This document shows positions 63,933 through 64,000 of a DNA stretch of 64,000 nt, in pieces. Positions within the stretch are counted from its first letter, which is position 1. Each line of letters starts with the position of its first letter. This stretch comes from Pseudogymnoascus verrucosus. Lineage: Eukaryota. Location: the NCBI GenBank assembly GCA_001662655.1, contig KV460209.1. One strand, written 5' to 3'. A model generated the notes under the pieces. It had not been told where the DNA came from. It was given only the letters and a program-made list of their open reading frames with translations, and did no database searches. The position numbers and the translations under genes were made by a program.

Positions 63933-64000
63933 AGCTCAGATAGAGCAATAGAGTAAGTCTACGTTCTAAACTGACATTCACAGTAAATCGTAGATAGTTA

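Overview
Gene-dense 64 kb window from a filamentous ascomycete (Pezizomycotina-type GT-AG introns with CTRAC branch points; the genus cannot be fixed from sequence alone). It holds about 21 intact protein-coding genes: two Zn2Cys6 transcription factors, peroxisomal Lon, Spf31/DNAJC8, RPA2, a GNAT, IDI1, SYO1, CLP1, RPC5, a Pmp3/Sna-type protein, DDB1, 3-hydroxyisobutyrate dehydrogenase, a Bqt4-like protein, an alpha/beta hydrolase, Egt1, a Cys/His-rich hypothetical, SreA, TVP15, a HAD phosphatase and D-amino-acid oxidase. An MFS transporter gene is disrupted. Features missed by the ORF track: (1) a 917-nt, multi-stem intron after an 8-nt micro-exon inside the first TF's zinc cluster; (2) a box C/D snoRNA candidate in the dehydrogenase intron; (3) a small accessory island with two decaying class II hydrophobin-like paralogues flanking the hydrolase; (4) a 214-codon AUG-less in-frame 5' extension of the second TF; (5) a symmetric CBC/HapX site plus a SreA site upstream of sreA; (6) a palindromic transposon-like end at the window start. 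All calls were read by eye; no database searches or folding programs were run.
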